DNA of 63,196 nucleotides, the filler included, from Asterionella formosa (Eukaryota): assembly GCA_002256025.1 (NCBI GenBank). It is 18 parts of 18 records of this genome, joined end to end, with 100 filler letters (N's around TTAATTAATTAA, not from the genome) between each part and the next. Parts side by side here need not be neighbours in the genome. Positions count along the whole stretch, not along the records: positions 51,498 to 53,365 come from NKIB01000980.1; positions 53,466 to 55,335 come from NKIB01000981.1; positions 55,436 to 57,301 come from NKIB01000982.1; positions 57,402 to 59,266 come from NKIB01000983.1; positions 59,367 to 61,231 come from NKIB01000985.1; positions 61,332 to 63,196 come from NKIB01000986.1; 12 more parts are not named here. One strand, given 5' to 3'. This document shows positions 51,498 to 63,196 of the stretch, one piece after another (position 1 is the stretch's first letter; each line of letters opens with the position of its first letter). The notes below the pieces were generated by a model. That model did not search any database. It was given only the letters and a program-made list of their open reading frames with translations, and was not told where the DNA came from. A program made the position numbers and the translations under genes.

Positions 51498-53008
51498 GAT
51501 ATTGATATTGGACCGAAATCTCCAACATCAACTTCCACTTCTACTTTTTCAATTGAATTAGATGATGAACCTCTGCTTACATGTTTCCTTAATCATCCCA
51601 TCTTGACAGACAATATTCAATATCCTCTGGATTATCATTTAATACATGATAGACAATTGCTGGATATACAATTGATTCTCAATCAACAAACACATCCATT
51701 AAAATTTCCTTCTATCAATTTTCATGATATATTCTTAATATGTTTTGTGAAGAACCCAGGAGATACTTGGCGTATTGCTATTCCTACATCATTATTGGAT
51801 CCTATTATTAATTGGTATCATCAGATGTTAGCTCATGTGGGTATGACAAGATTAAATGCTACAATTGCTACACATTTTTATCACCCTATATTAAAAACAA
51901 GAGTGGAACATATTGTAAGAGTATGTGAAGCATGTCAACGGACAAAATTACCTGGTACTGGTTTTGGTGAACTTCCACCCAGGAATGCATTATTATTACC
52001 ATGGTCAGAAGTCGCAGTAGATCTAATTGGTCCATGGAAGATAACAGTGGCTGCTCAAACGATTGAATTTCGTGCTCTAACTTGTATTGACACAGTCACC
52101 AATTTAGCAGAAATTTCACGTATCATCAATAAAACATCAGAATATATTGCAATGAAATTTGAAAATGATTGGTTAGCCAGATATCCCCGTCCAGAACGTT
52201 GTATACATGACAATGGAGGTGAATTTACTGGTGCTCCTTTCTTACACATGTTAGTATTGAATGGAATCAAAGATGTGACTACCACAGTAAAGAATCCACA
52301 AGCAAATGCTATCTGTGAACGTTTCCATCAATCTATCAGCAATAGTCTACGAGTTATGTTAAAGGCTCATCCTCCAATCAATGAATTTCAAGCCCAAAAT
52401 ATTGTGGATACATGTTTTGCAGCTGCGTCATATGCAGCTCGAGCTACTATTCATAGTATATTACGTATTTCACCAGGAGCATGGGTTTTCCAACGTGATA
52501 TGATATTAAATATTCCTTTGATTACAGATTTACAATTAATACATCAACGTCGACAGGTGATAATTGACGAACGTTTACGTCGTGCAAATTTCCGTCGTCG
52601 ATCTTATGATTACAAAGTGGGTGACGAGATTTTAATATTATTGGATAATCCTACTACTTTGGATGATCGTGGACGAGGTCCTTATACTATTATTCAAGTA
52701 CATGCCAATGGTACAGTTACTTTTCAACGCACTATGCATATTACCGAACGAATTAATATTCGTCGTATCAAACCTTTTCATAGGTAAAAGGTTTTCCCTC
52801 AAGTGTGGGAGAGTGAGCAATCCTGCACATCGATACAGATATATATAGAGTTGGGGTTATGTCAAATATATCGGAATTCAATAATGAGAGAACTCGACTA
52901 ACACCCATTCTATACTTTGATGTCAGTTCAGGAAATGAGTTATACATAAGGATTAATTAATAAGCTCATATATTCAACAAATACTACTACTTCTAGTTAG
53001 ATACTTCA
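51498..53008 (+). mobile_element. Ty3/Gypsy 3' part: integrase ORF to 52787, PPT, putative LTR 52814-53008
   Basis: HHCC zinc finger, AVDLIGPW, HDNGGEF, NPQANAICER and GPY motifs; GTGGGAGAG followed by TG...CA. Confidence 0.88.
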
Positions 53009-53868
53009 CCTGGTACCTGAATGATGATAGCCATGATCCGCCCATGATAGTGTTTACTGGTATGGTACCTGGTAGGCCAGGCAAGTTCCGGTAATCGTGC
53101 TGAAACTAAACCTTTAGCTATCTTTATTCCATATTGAGTTTTTTATTTAAGCAAAATGACCGCAACTTGCAGGTACTTAACATACCAGTATTTATATTCG
53201 TGTGCGTGGTATCGGTACGCACATAAACAGCACAACCTACTACTGTGCGTGTGTATTTCGTTGGTACCTGGTACAAGGTACCAGGTACCGGTATGACACC
53301 GTATACCTGATGGTGCTGGTTGCACATACAAAGCAGTTCGGTTCAAAGTACCTGATACCTGCTACNNNNNNNNNNNNNNNNNNNNNNNNNNNNNNNNNNN
53401 NNNNNNNNNTTAATTAATTAANNNNNNNNNNNNNNNNNNNNNNNNNNNNNNNNNNNNNNNNNNNNTATTCCTACTCCGTACGGATACCGGTATACGGGTA
53501 GGATCGGCCAACACCCAAGAAAATTGCTTCATGTGTATCCAGTGTGGCCGGCGTTGGATTGCAAGACCTCGCAAACCGTGCCAATCGAACGGATATAAGG
53601 ATAACCAATCAGAATATGATTAATACAGCGGCCAATTACATTGGAACTTTTTGTACACGAGATTTTACGACTACAAATTTTAGCACAAGACTACCATTCC
53701 GATGATGACGTTTCGGCGATTTGTGATTCTGATTCCAACGTTTTGGTGACCATTGAAAAGGCCGATATCGTTGAATTTTTGGCCGACGATAGCTCAACGT
53801 TGGCAGGGTTTGAAGAAGAGTTAGTAAGTACATAGGTGATCTTCATATAGCCCCAGAAGTTAACTTTC

Positions 53869-53991
53869 GGCGAGAAACTGCAGAAAGGAACTTCGGTTTT
53901 TTTACTAGGCCAAATAAACGAGTTAGCCCGGTAAAATCCACTATTTTCAGCATAGTTAAAAAACCGAAGTTCCTTTCTGCAGTTTCTCGCC
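53869..53991. repeat. Perfect 34-bp inverted repeat with a 55-bp spacer
   Basis: GGCGAGAAACTGCAGAAAGGAACTTCGGTTTTTT (53869-53902) and its reverse complement (53958-53991). Confidence 0.95.
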
Positions 53992-54176
53992 AGATCCTAT
54001 ATCCTGACGATATATAGCGTTGACCTATACCCCTACTTTGATAAATGACTGTATTTTAGCATGTGGAAAGGGTGTGTATTGGTGAAAGCTCCGTTTAGCG
54101 ATATACATTTACATTTTACAAGAAGTTAATGTTTGACTACTCTGACTTAATATTATTTTTTAAACCCTACCTCGAG

Positions 54177-54203
54177 CTAGGGGTTCAAATGCAGGAACCT
54201 TAA
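54177..54203. mobile_element. Kolobok-like right terminus (23-bp TIR followed by TTAA)
   Basis: CTAGGGGTTCAAATGCAGGAACC-TTAA is the exact reverse complement of TTAA-GGTTCCTGCATTTGAACCCCTAG at 62559-62585. Confidence 0.75.
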
Positions 54204-54287
54204 GAAATGACAAGTTCTCCACGAGTACCGAAGGCTATGTACAAAAAACTACTACTGGTATATCCGTAGCACATAGAATTTGAGTAA

Positions 54288-55335
54288 GGCCGTTGCTAAC
54301 GGTGGACCAAAACCCAAACCAAACAGTGTTTTGGTTTCGGTAACCCTAAAAAACGATGCTAACGGGAGTGAAAAACCCAACGCAAACGCATTACGTTTAG
54401 GGGATTCCGTGCCCATATCCCAATAAGTTACCCAAACGCATTACGTTTAGGTTTTTTTTTCCCAAAGTTACCTAAACGTAGGATTCCATATGGACTACTT
54501 TGAATGTAGTCACTAGAAACCCAATTATTATCATCGTAGAATCAGTACATATAGGACGCATCATTTACCAGTATATCATACATAGATACAACAATAGCTA
54601 TACGGTACTCTGGTACCTGGTACCAGGTACCAGGTACCAGGGGACCACACTGTCGAGAACAACAACAACAAATAATCTCGGATTTCACCACAATCAACAT
54701 GTCATCATCAAACCCACATTTCACCAACATGGCACACATGGATTCATGTGACCATCGCCCACGTGACATTGTACAATGTCTAGATGCTAATGGTGAGGTA
54801 GAACCAGAGAAATACTTCCAGTATCTTCAGTTTTTGTCTGATTTCGGAAGAACTCTACTCATGCCCACTCCAGAAATACAAAGTCTTAACAATGTGCCTC
54901 TACCCCCAAGAGTTAGAGTGAGAGGAAAGAACAAGGTCTGTGAATACATCAATGACAAAGGGCTAATTCAAATGATAACTCCTGTGATGTCAAACTGGTA
55001 TATACTATACATTTCCAGACCAGCAGTTGAATCATTGTCATTTCAAAAGAAATTCCGCCGCAGATTTCGACTACCACACAACCAGTTCCTCCAATTTGTT
55101 GTTGATGCTAGAGATTCAAATTGGTTTCCTCGCTGGACTCGACCTGATGCAACAGGAAGGGCATCATCACCCCTTGAACTTATGGTTTTAGGAGCATTCA
55201 GGTACCTAGGGAGAGGATGGACTTTTGATGACATTGAGGAGAATACTGGTATCAGTCAAGAGACCCACAGGCAATTCTTCCACGCCTTTATTGAAGTTGG
55301 AAGTACCATCCTTTACAAAAAATATGTTAGAACTC
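54288..55335 (+). mobile_element. Harbinger left end and transposase N-terminus (CDS from 54699)
   Basis: TAA-GGCCGTTGCTAAC; FRRRFRLP...F and ELMVLGAFRYLGRGWTFDDIEE motifs. Confidence 0.88.
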
Positions 55336-55435
55336 NNNNNNNNNNNNNNNNNNNNNNNNNNNNNNNNNNNNNNNNNNNNTTAATTAATTAANNNNNNNNN
55401 NNNNNNNNNNNNNNNNNNNNNNNNNNNNNNNNNNN

Positions 55436-57301
55436 CTTGATATTTTTTCCAATAGCCTGGCCAAGTTTTCTCTTGTTGAACTCAAAAAATATAGGAATAC
55501 TCTCCTGACTAGACAAATCCAAAATCTCCTGGAGCTTATCATCCAGAGCACCGTACTCATCTAAGTTGTTGGCCATAACTACAATCTTTACTTTGTGAGA
55601 ACGAATACCTCGGGCCACTTCTCGAAGCCCCATGACCAAACGCCGTTTTGCTTTTGCATTGTTTTCATCTACTGCTCTCCTTTGAAGGCGCATCAGTTCA
55701 CCAAGCATGTCAATCAATAAAGGCTTGACTTCGTCATCATCAACGAGACTCGCATATTTTCGCGGAATCCCCGCATTGGCAACCTTGGGAGCCCGTTTCA
55801 TTTCCGCAAATCGCTCCGGAATTAATTTGTCACCTGAATATAGTTCCTTCGGTTCATTAGGCATCTCGGTCCTCATGACACTATTTGATGGTATCATCGT
55901 TAAGGACCCGCTTGGAACTGCTGCATCACCAGAGGGAAGTGCGCTTGCTGTAACTATCTGGCCTCCAATGACCATTCCATTGAACTCGCGAGCAGCAGTT
56001 TCAGCAACAGTTGGTCCACCTGAATATTCCAAAGTCACAGTACGCTCTTGTAAATTTACATTCAGTCTCAGTAAGGTTCCAAATCGACCAGACAGATTCG
56101 CAATGTCAAGTTTGCTCTCATTCAAACAATCATCATCATCAAGATCATCTTCAGTAAGGATGTTTTGAAGGAGCACAAAGCCACTTACAGGTTTGGTGTC
56201 GTCATGATTCCCTCCTTTCAAGGAAACTGATGCTCTTTGACCTCCAATCATGATTCCATCAAGTTGCCGAGCGATTGATATTCCCTCCATTGGACCGACA
56301 TCCAATTCAATGTAAGCTCCGCAGCTATCAGCCTTATCAGCTGTGATTGAAATAACAGCTGCATGCTTCGAAACAAGAGACCTGATATCACCTAGGCTTT
56401 CTTCGAGGCAGTCCTCATCTTCAAAATCTTCCGTTGTCAACACGTTCCTAATGACCAATATAATTGGCTTCGCAAGATCTTTCTGCGCTTCAAGCTTTGC
56501 CGAGATTACAGAACCACCGAGCAATGTGCCCTGCAAATAATGGACGGCTTTTTCAGCAATATCGCGACTCTCCTGGTACGTCACAACGACCGCTTCACCT
56601 ATTGTTTCAATATCACCAACATGTCCATACTTCTCCACAACAGCTCGAATATCTACAAGACTTTCTTCTAAACAGTCCGGATCATCAAGATCTTCTTGAG
56701 TCAAGATATTCTCCAATACAATTCTACACAAAGTCGCTTCCGTTCCGGTTACTTTACCATCAGTATGTGCGAGTAGAGCACGTTGCCAATCCTCCACTGA
56801 AGATTCATCAACAAGAATTACATGGGCCTGCAGCTTTTCTCCACCCAGTACCAGACCATCCCAAACTGCTTGAGCTGCTGCTGCATCGTCGCAACTAGTG
56901 AACCACACATACGCAAGCACTTTTTCACCAGCCTCACGTGGGATGTACACTGTCTTGTACTCTCCTATCTTGGCTGCCATTTCTTGTAAATTAGCTACAA
57001 ATTCCTCGTATTCATCGTCATCTTCCAATTCTTTGGCACTACAGAAGCAACGTATTGCAACTGTACAATGACCATCCCTCAAATGGGTACCCGGTGAATT
57101 CAAGGTTCGCCATTGAGTCAACCGCTCCTGCAAAATCTTCTTCTTCAAGGATGAAAACTTCTTCTTTCGTGGTTGAAGTCTTTGCCGTCCTTTCTTGATG
57201 TTACTAATTTCACCATTTACTATGCCTAACTTCTTTTGTATAGTCAATATTGCGGTGGCAGCTGCGTCGTCGACGTCGCGCTGTTTGGGGGTAAATGCAT
57301 C
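55436..57301 (-). CDS. SBP2: SECIS-binding protein 2-like protein with four inserted RRM/UHM-like domains, partial
   Basis: SID-like KKGRQR..PRKKKFSSLKKKILQER; L7Ae KAKRRLVMGLREV...KVKIVVMANN...GALDD...IPIFF..NKRKLG; four NIL..EDL.D.DCL.E...DI repeats between them. Confidence 0.8.
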
Positions 57302-57401
57302 NNNNNNNNNNNNNNNNNNNNNNNNNNNNNNNNNNNNNNNNNNNNTTAATTAATTAANNNNNNNNNNNNNNNNNNNNNNNNNNNNNNNNNNNNNNNNNNN
57401 N

Positions 57402-59266
57402 ATACTGCAAGCACTCCTGACGAAATTGGTGGTAGGCTGCATCAGCCTGATAGAGCAAGCTTGAAATATTTGCTGTGTTAGTGACACCCTTGAAACTGCC
57501 TTGAGAGCTGAGCCTTTGAGTGGTGATTGCTCGGCGTGAAGCAAGAATTCCTGCTAGGTCAAATTGTTTCGACCTTATCCCATGGTGGGACAGGATGAGT
57601 TCCAGCTTGATCACATTCTGGTTACTTTTGTCGAAATTGACAACAGAAGGTCGTTCAGGATTGACACAATGGAGGAGGTCATTCTTTGAGGCAGTTGCCT
57701 TTGACTCACTACTATCATCATCTGTTAGACTAATCACATCATTGTCCTTGGAAGAAATTCGTAATTTCTTGGAAATGGAACTAGAAGGGGGCCAGGTAGC
57801 CTTCGATCGTTTCTTGATTATTGGCACAGCAACTTGTTGGGACTCCGGTTTGGAGACCAATTTGCTGGAGGTGGCAGGTGATTTGGAATCCGGTTTGGAT
57901 ACTTTTTCCTGTTTATGGCAGCTGGTTTAGAGTCTGGTTTCGATACTTTTTTGCTGGGAATCGCGGCTGGTTTGCAGTCCGATTCAGATTCTTCGTAAGG
58001 ATTAGTTACAGGCATTGATGCAACATCTCGGCTCCTGGCTGTTGACTTCGCAGCGTTGTAAGCACTTGCCTTGGATGTGATGGCTTTGGTAGCATCATGC
58101 TTGGGAGTAGCCTTGGCAGAAGGCTTAAGTGCAACAGCTTTTGCAGCAATAGCTCTTGGAGGAGCCTTCATCCTCGTCTTTGCAGCTTTCTTTGGAACAC
58201 TCTTCTGCAACACTCGGGATTGGGCCTGTGTTGATCCTGCTGTAACTATAGAAGCAGCCTTCTGCAAAGTGCCTCTCTTTGCACGCTTTCCGAGCGCATA
58301 AGAAGGCGCTTCCAAGCGGGCATACTCTGATCTGATAGCTTCCTTCGCATTCATCACCTCTGTCAGGCGATGAATGCAAAAAAAGAAATGTGTGAATGAA
58401 TAAATGAATATGAATACAGCATATATAGTAAACGAACATACCTTTTGGTTGCTTGTAGATGAAACCCCCAATGGGAAGAAACATCGAGTACACATAGGAT
58501 TGCTCTTCCAATTGATGATCAAGAAGATCATAATGAGTGGCTGAAAGAAGACTCCCAGCTATATTTGTTCGCAAACGAACGATAGGAAAGGTCTCGAAAT
58601 TTGCTGGTTCTGGCATATCAGGTCCATAATTGTATGAATCAACATCGCCATTGTTCTTGTTCCTCTCATCATTAAGAAGGTTTTCAAGAGGATGATTGAT
58701 CCTTTCCATCCAAGGAATAGGATTGCAGTGTACAAATCCCAAGGATTTATACCACTCATCCGTATTGCCCAGTACCTGCGCAAAAACTGGTTGATGTTGG
58801 GAAGGACATCCTGGGTATGAACAGTTCCAGGCCTCCTCATCGATACGAAGACAAGTAGCAGCTTGGATCAGTAGTTGACCCATTCCACGTTCTTTGTACT
58901 TGTGCAAATCATGGGTTGAGTCATGATTACTTGTCACCAGATAGTGAATACAAGCAATAGGAGTCGGAAACTCTTTTTGCTCCACAACAACCATAGCTAC
59001 GGGCTTGAACTTCTTCTCCAAGTTCTCCCTCTCTTCAATGGTAATGACGAAGTTGCCATGAAGCTTCTTCTGGAGCTGATTTGTGTATAGAGCTTGGTTG
59101 GTAACAACGGAATTCCAATCGTTACCATAAGATTTGGACAAGAAAGTCATAATCTCATTGATCTCCAAAGGGATTTTAGAGGTGACGAAGGTGTCAAGGG
59201 GAATTTGGGTGATCCTAACTTTCCACTTGTACTGCCTATCATCAGCATTAGGGTCACGTACATTGA
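57402..59266 (-). CDS. GNAT-like acetyltransferase followed by a Lys/Ala-rich linker; intron 58441-58360; -1 frameshift near 57905; partial
   Basis: IHYLVT...KYKERGMGQLLIQ...WYKSLGF (GNAT motifs A and B). The GTATGT...GACAG intron joins the ORFs in frame. Confidence 0.55.
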
Positions 59267-59366
59267 NNNNNNNNNNNNNNNNNNNNNNNNNNNNNNNNNN
59301 NNNNNNNNNNTTAATTAATTAANNNNNNNNNNNNNNNNNNNNNNNNNNNNNNNNNNNNNNNNNNNN

Positions 59367-61231
59367 TACCCAGACCGTGATTTCGCCGTCATCGAATCAC
59401 TAACACTCGTTTCTTTATTCCAATTGCCACAGAAATCGGCGTCTGCCCAAACAACAAATGAATGATCATCCGGAAGCAGGATTATTCCCTGATCGGCAGT
59501 GCCAATCAAATATTGGACAATGTTCCACACAGCCACAGCGTGGGAGGCCTTGGGATTAGCGGAGAATCGAGCGCATTGATGAACCGCATACGCAATATCC
59601 GGTCGAGTGGACTTTTCCAAGAAATTGAGCTTCCCAATAATGGATCGGTATGACCAGTGCTCGGCAAAATCCTCACCATCAATGTCTCGCTGCAGAATGA
59701 CCGTAGAGGATGCGGGAACTCCCTTGGATTTCGTGGTATTCGTAAAGCCAATATCACTGGCAATGGCCGCTATGAGGTGGGGTTGTGTAAGGGAAATTGA
59801 GTTCGAATCAGCAGACAGCGTCACCTTGATCCCTAAGTAGTCGGAGATATTCCCTTCATCTGTCAGGTTAAAACTAGCCCGCATGAGCTCGATGCATTTG
59901 TCAATCAGTCGAGCTTCTGGACTGATAAAAATCCCATCATCCACATACACCATGAATATAGTAACTCCTTTATAGAACACACACTCATCTGCGTCACTCT
60001 GTATAAATCCAATAGCCAGCAAACCTCTTTTCAAATGCTGTGACCAAGTTCTCCCAGCTTGCTTTTGTCCGTAAATGTTCTTCAGGATCTTGAGACAGTG
60101 GTCCATTTGACCTCCCTCCGGCATCTCAAACCCATGTGGAATCTCCATGTACAAATCACACTCCACATCCGCTTGTGGATAGGCCAGAGTAAAATCAACC
60201 TGCCTAGTACTCCAACCATGCATCAGTGACAGCAGAAGCAGCAACCGGTTAGGTGGCCAGGAAAGGGTTGCAGCATAGGTTTCCCAGTAATTAACTCCGT
60301 ATTCTTGTTTACCACCATGTAAGTTCAACCTGGCTTTCCACTTATAGACCTCCCTTGAGGCAATACGGCGTTTCCTTTTCATTGCCCACACGCACGGGAG
60401 GATCTTGGTCCCTAAAGAGACCGCTGACTTGGACACCACCTTCCAGTGATGATTGTTATGATGGGCCATAACTTCAGCCTCCATAGCGGCTATAAACTGT
60501 TTCCTGTCTGGCTCCCTCAGAGCCTGGTCGGCGCGCAACGTGTCAGGGTCGGAGGTTTTGGCCACGAAAGCTATTGGATCATCCATCATGACTTGTAGTC
60601 GATATTCCTCATCACCATCTATGTCCTCAAGCACCGTAGAAGAGCGCAGAAAACCCTGTTCCACGCTTTCTTGGAGTCGACAGGAAGGCTTGTGTCGCTG
60701 TGACCAACGCACTCCTGCCGCAGGAGGTGGGGAGTGGTCCGTCGGAAGAATTTGAGGACCATCCGTCTGAGATTGGTGGGGAAAGGGCCCACCCTGGGGT
60801 ACTACCTCCGGAGCGATAGCGGAGTGGGGATGGGGTATCGCATTCTCTTCCGGACCACCAACTGGGGGCCATAGGTCCGGGATCCTTGTCACCCCCTCCA
60901 TCACTCTATCCACAATAGTAGGGGGTAGGGTTGACTTGCGCCTGACTTGGCTACTGGAAAAATGAGTGGCCGAGAGCCATCCAGTCTCATAGGAGTCATC
61001 CCCTTTTCCAACGGTTTCGAACATGTCATCAAACGCAACATGAAATTGGGGGGAAACCAGACCAGTCTTAATGTTTAATACTAGGGCCACAGACCTTGCA
61101 TGCCGGGGGGATTGTCCCAGGTACACTCCCACCCTTGCTCTCTTGTACCACTTAGGTATGCTCTGACCTGCCGCCAGCTGATTAGATAGGGCGTACACGG
61201 GGCACCCAAAGGGGCGAAAGGACCCAATCTT
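59367..61231 (-). mobile_element. Copia (family D) pol fragment, intact frame
   Basis: GVYLG.SP.HA, SPQFHV.FDD, KWKARLN, QVDFTLAYPQA, VYVDD and ADADFCG motifs. Confidence 0.93.
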
Positions 61232-62558
61232 NNNNNNNNNNNNNNNNNNNNNNNNNNNNNNNNNNNNNNNNNNNNTTAATTAATTAANNNNNNNNNNNNN
61301 NNNNNNNNNNNNNNNNNNNNNNNNNNNNNNNACAAAAGGCAAGGAATAAATGAAATAACAATCAACATCATACCAAGATAAGCGCCAGCAAAACAACCTT
61401 GACAACGACCTCAATTCGTCGTTGAATCTTGAATTTTCTTTCATGAGAAGCTGTAATTAAGAAAGGAGTAAGAGGTGTGAGAAGTAGAAGATCAGAAAGA
61501 GTCACAATCACATCAAACTGACCATGCAGAAGCAACCTTCATCGTGGCGGTTTCCTTGATTTTGGCATGATTTTATAATTTATGTGGCGCAAGTATGATC
61601 ATGATGATTCTAGGGTACTGGTACCTGGTACCATGTACCAGGTACCAGGTACAAACAAGTCTATAATTAATTAATTTAATATGGGCGCGGTCAATTGTGC
61701 TCATTTCCTAATAAAATGTACCAGACTCCTCTAATAAAATGAACACACAAACGAAACTGGCGCAGTCTGCAGTCTTGTACGAGTGTACCATGAGGACCTC
61801 CGATTTTACCACCATTCAACAACCAGGTACCTGGTACCTGGTACCAGGCACATGATACCAGGATTAAAAAGGTACATGAGGAAGAAAGTAAGGCTGCTGG
61901 TACCTGGTACCTGGTACCTTGCCAGGTATAAGGTAGGAGTACCTGTTACCTGGTACCAGGTAATGGAGGGTAGCCCTCGCAATCGCTACAGTACAAGGTA
62001 AATTATTGTTTAGCTGAGATACTGCGATTCTTTTGACTATACAAAATCCTACAGTGTAGTTGTTGGTGATCATCTGGAGCATCCTGCATCATGTCGTCTC
62101 AACCTTGACCATGACGAAAATAGCGGAAATCTCTACGAAAATTGAGAACGACGCTCTCCTGTTAGGAACGTATATCAATCACAACAAAGGCAATACAACC
62201 GTAAGAGAATAGTTGCAATGGCATTGATAGTGACAGCGAAAACTGCAATCGCCGATGGCACAATTTTTCTACATAATCTATAGCTGCTCAAATCAAAACG
62301 ACGCTGTTGCGAACAGATTTGACATTTTTGCAGTTGCTGAGCAATGAACGACTATAACAATAACATGATTAGTTGAAGCAAAAAATTGTTAAAATAGTTA
62401 TTCATCAAATAAGAATGATTGATTGTACCAACGGCATTTGTGGATGCGGATATCGGCGCCAACAACTGCTTGTGCTGTTTGTTCTTTGGCAGTCGATATC
62501 AAGGGAAAATGTGATAGAGGAAAAAATAATAATTGAATCGAAATTAGGTACTCTTTAC

Positions 62559-63196
62559 TTAAGGTTCCTGCATTTGAACCCCTAGGCAAAAATTAAAATA
62601 TTGCTTAGGGTTGCCGAAATTCCCTGGAACTAAGAATTTTTATGAGTTAATTTTGAATGACGTGATTCCAATTGAAATATTTGAATCACTGGAAATTTGC
62701 GCGTACATACATAGATTCCTTTTCGAATTCAATAAATATATACATAAACGTTCTCCATCGCTCAATGTTTATATACCCTATCATACAATCAACATATATG
62801 TGTCAGACGAGCTGGCAGCATGGCAAATATTGTTGATGACTACCGGTAAGAAACAAAAAAAACAACAATCAACCATGAGCGAAATTACACATCAAAATGA
62901 TGACAATGGTAATGACGAATTTAACTACAGTCATGATAGTTGTCCTACCTGCCAAGACCGGTTGATTGTAGAGTCGTATGTGGAGGGATGTGAGGATCGC
63001 ATCTTCTGCGAATGCTGCGATTTTTGCTGCCCTGAATGTCAGTGCCGATGGGATGAAGTCGAAGAATTGGTGGAGAAGTTTCTGGAAGGTGAATCCATTC
63101 TTACCAGACTGAAGGATGAAGACATTACGGCATCAAGAGCCCGCAATCTTCTGTACAAGTTTCTAATCAGAGTTTTCAGTGGTCCATTGGGAAAAG
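62559..63196 (+). mobile_element. Kolobok-like left end (TTAA plus 23-bp TIR) with a Cys-rich ORF starting at 62875
   Basis: TIR matches 54177-54199. The ORF reads MSEITHQ...CPTC...CECCDFCCPECQCRW...RNLLYKFLIRVFSGPLGK and runs off the window. Confidence 0.65.

Overview
The window is not one locus. It is 18 separate contigs (17 of about 1.87 kb and one of 29.7 kb at 5913-35648) joined by artificial 100-bp N44-TTAATTAATTAA-N44 spacers, so adjacency across spacers is meaningless. Most of it is eukaryotic and transposon-rich, most likely a diatom (inferred from short GT-AG introns, a diatom-type bestrophin, CoDi-like Copia and CryptonS-like elements). One GC-rich contig (3943-5812) is bacterial and carries cutC plus an MlrC/M81 peptidase. 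Host genes: a PDZ-domain protein, a bestrophin, an aldo-keto reductase 5' end, an SBP2-like protein and hypothetical proteins. Mobile DNA: several Copia, one Gypsy, several PIF/Harbinger, a Kolobok-like element, DIRS/Ngaro, Crypton and Plavaka-like remnants, a Ulp1-protease-bearing repeat region and a tRNA-derived SINE-like insertion. Most notable: (1) two Copia families have a self-complementary GCTTNNAAGC palindrome directly after the 5' LTR, where a tRNA primer-binding site should be; (2) pervasive TA-CCGG-TA and (TA-CCWGG)n-TA motifs, which a paralog comparison shows can arise as insertions at TA and which abut three LTR ends; (3) an SBP2 with four U2AF65-RRM3/UHM-like domains inserted between its SID and L7Ae modules; (4) a tRNA-Ala-like SINE with a 19-bp TSD. 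All family assignments are motif recognition by eye; no searches were run.
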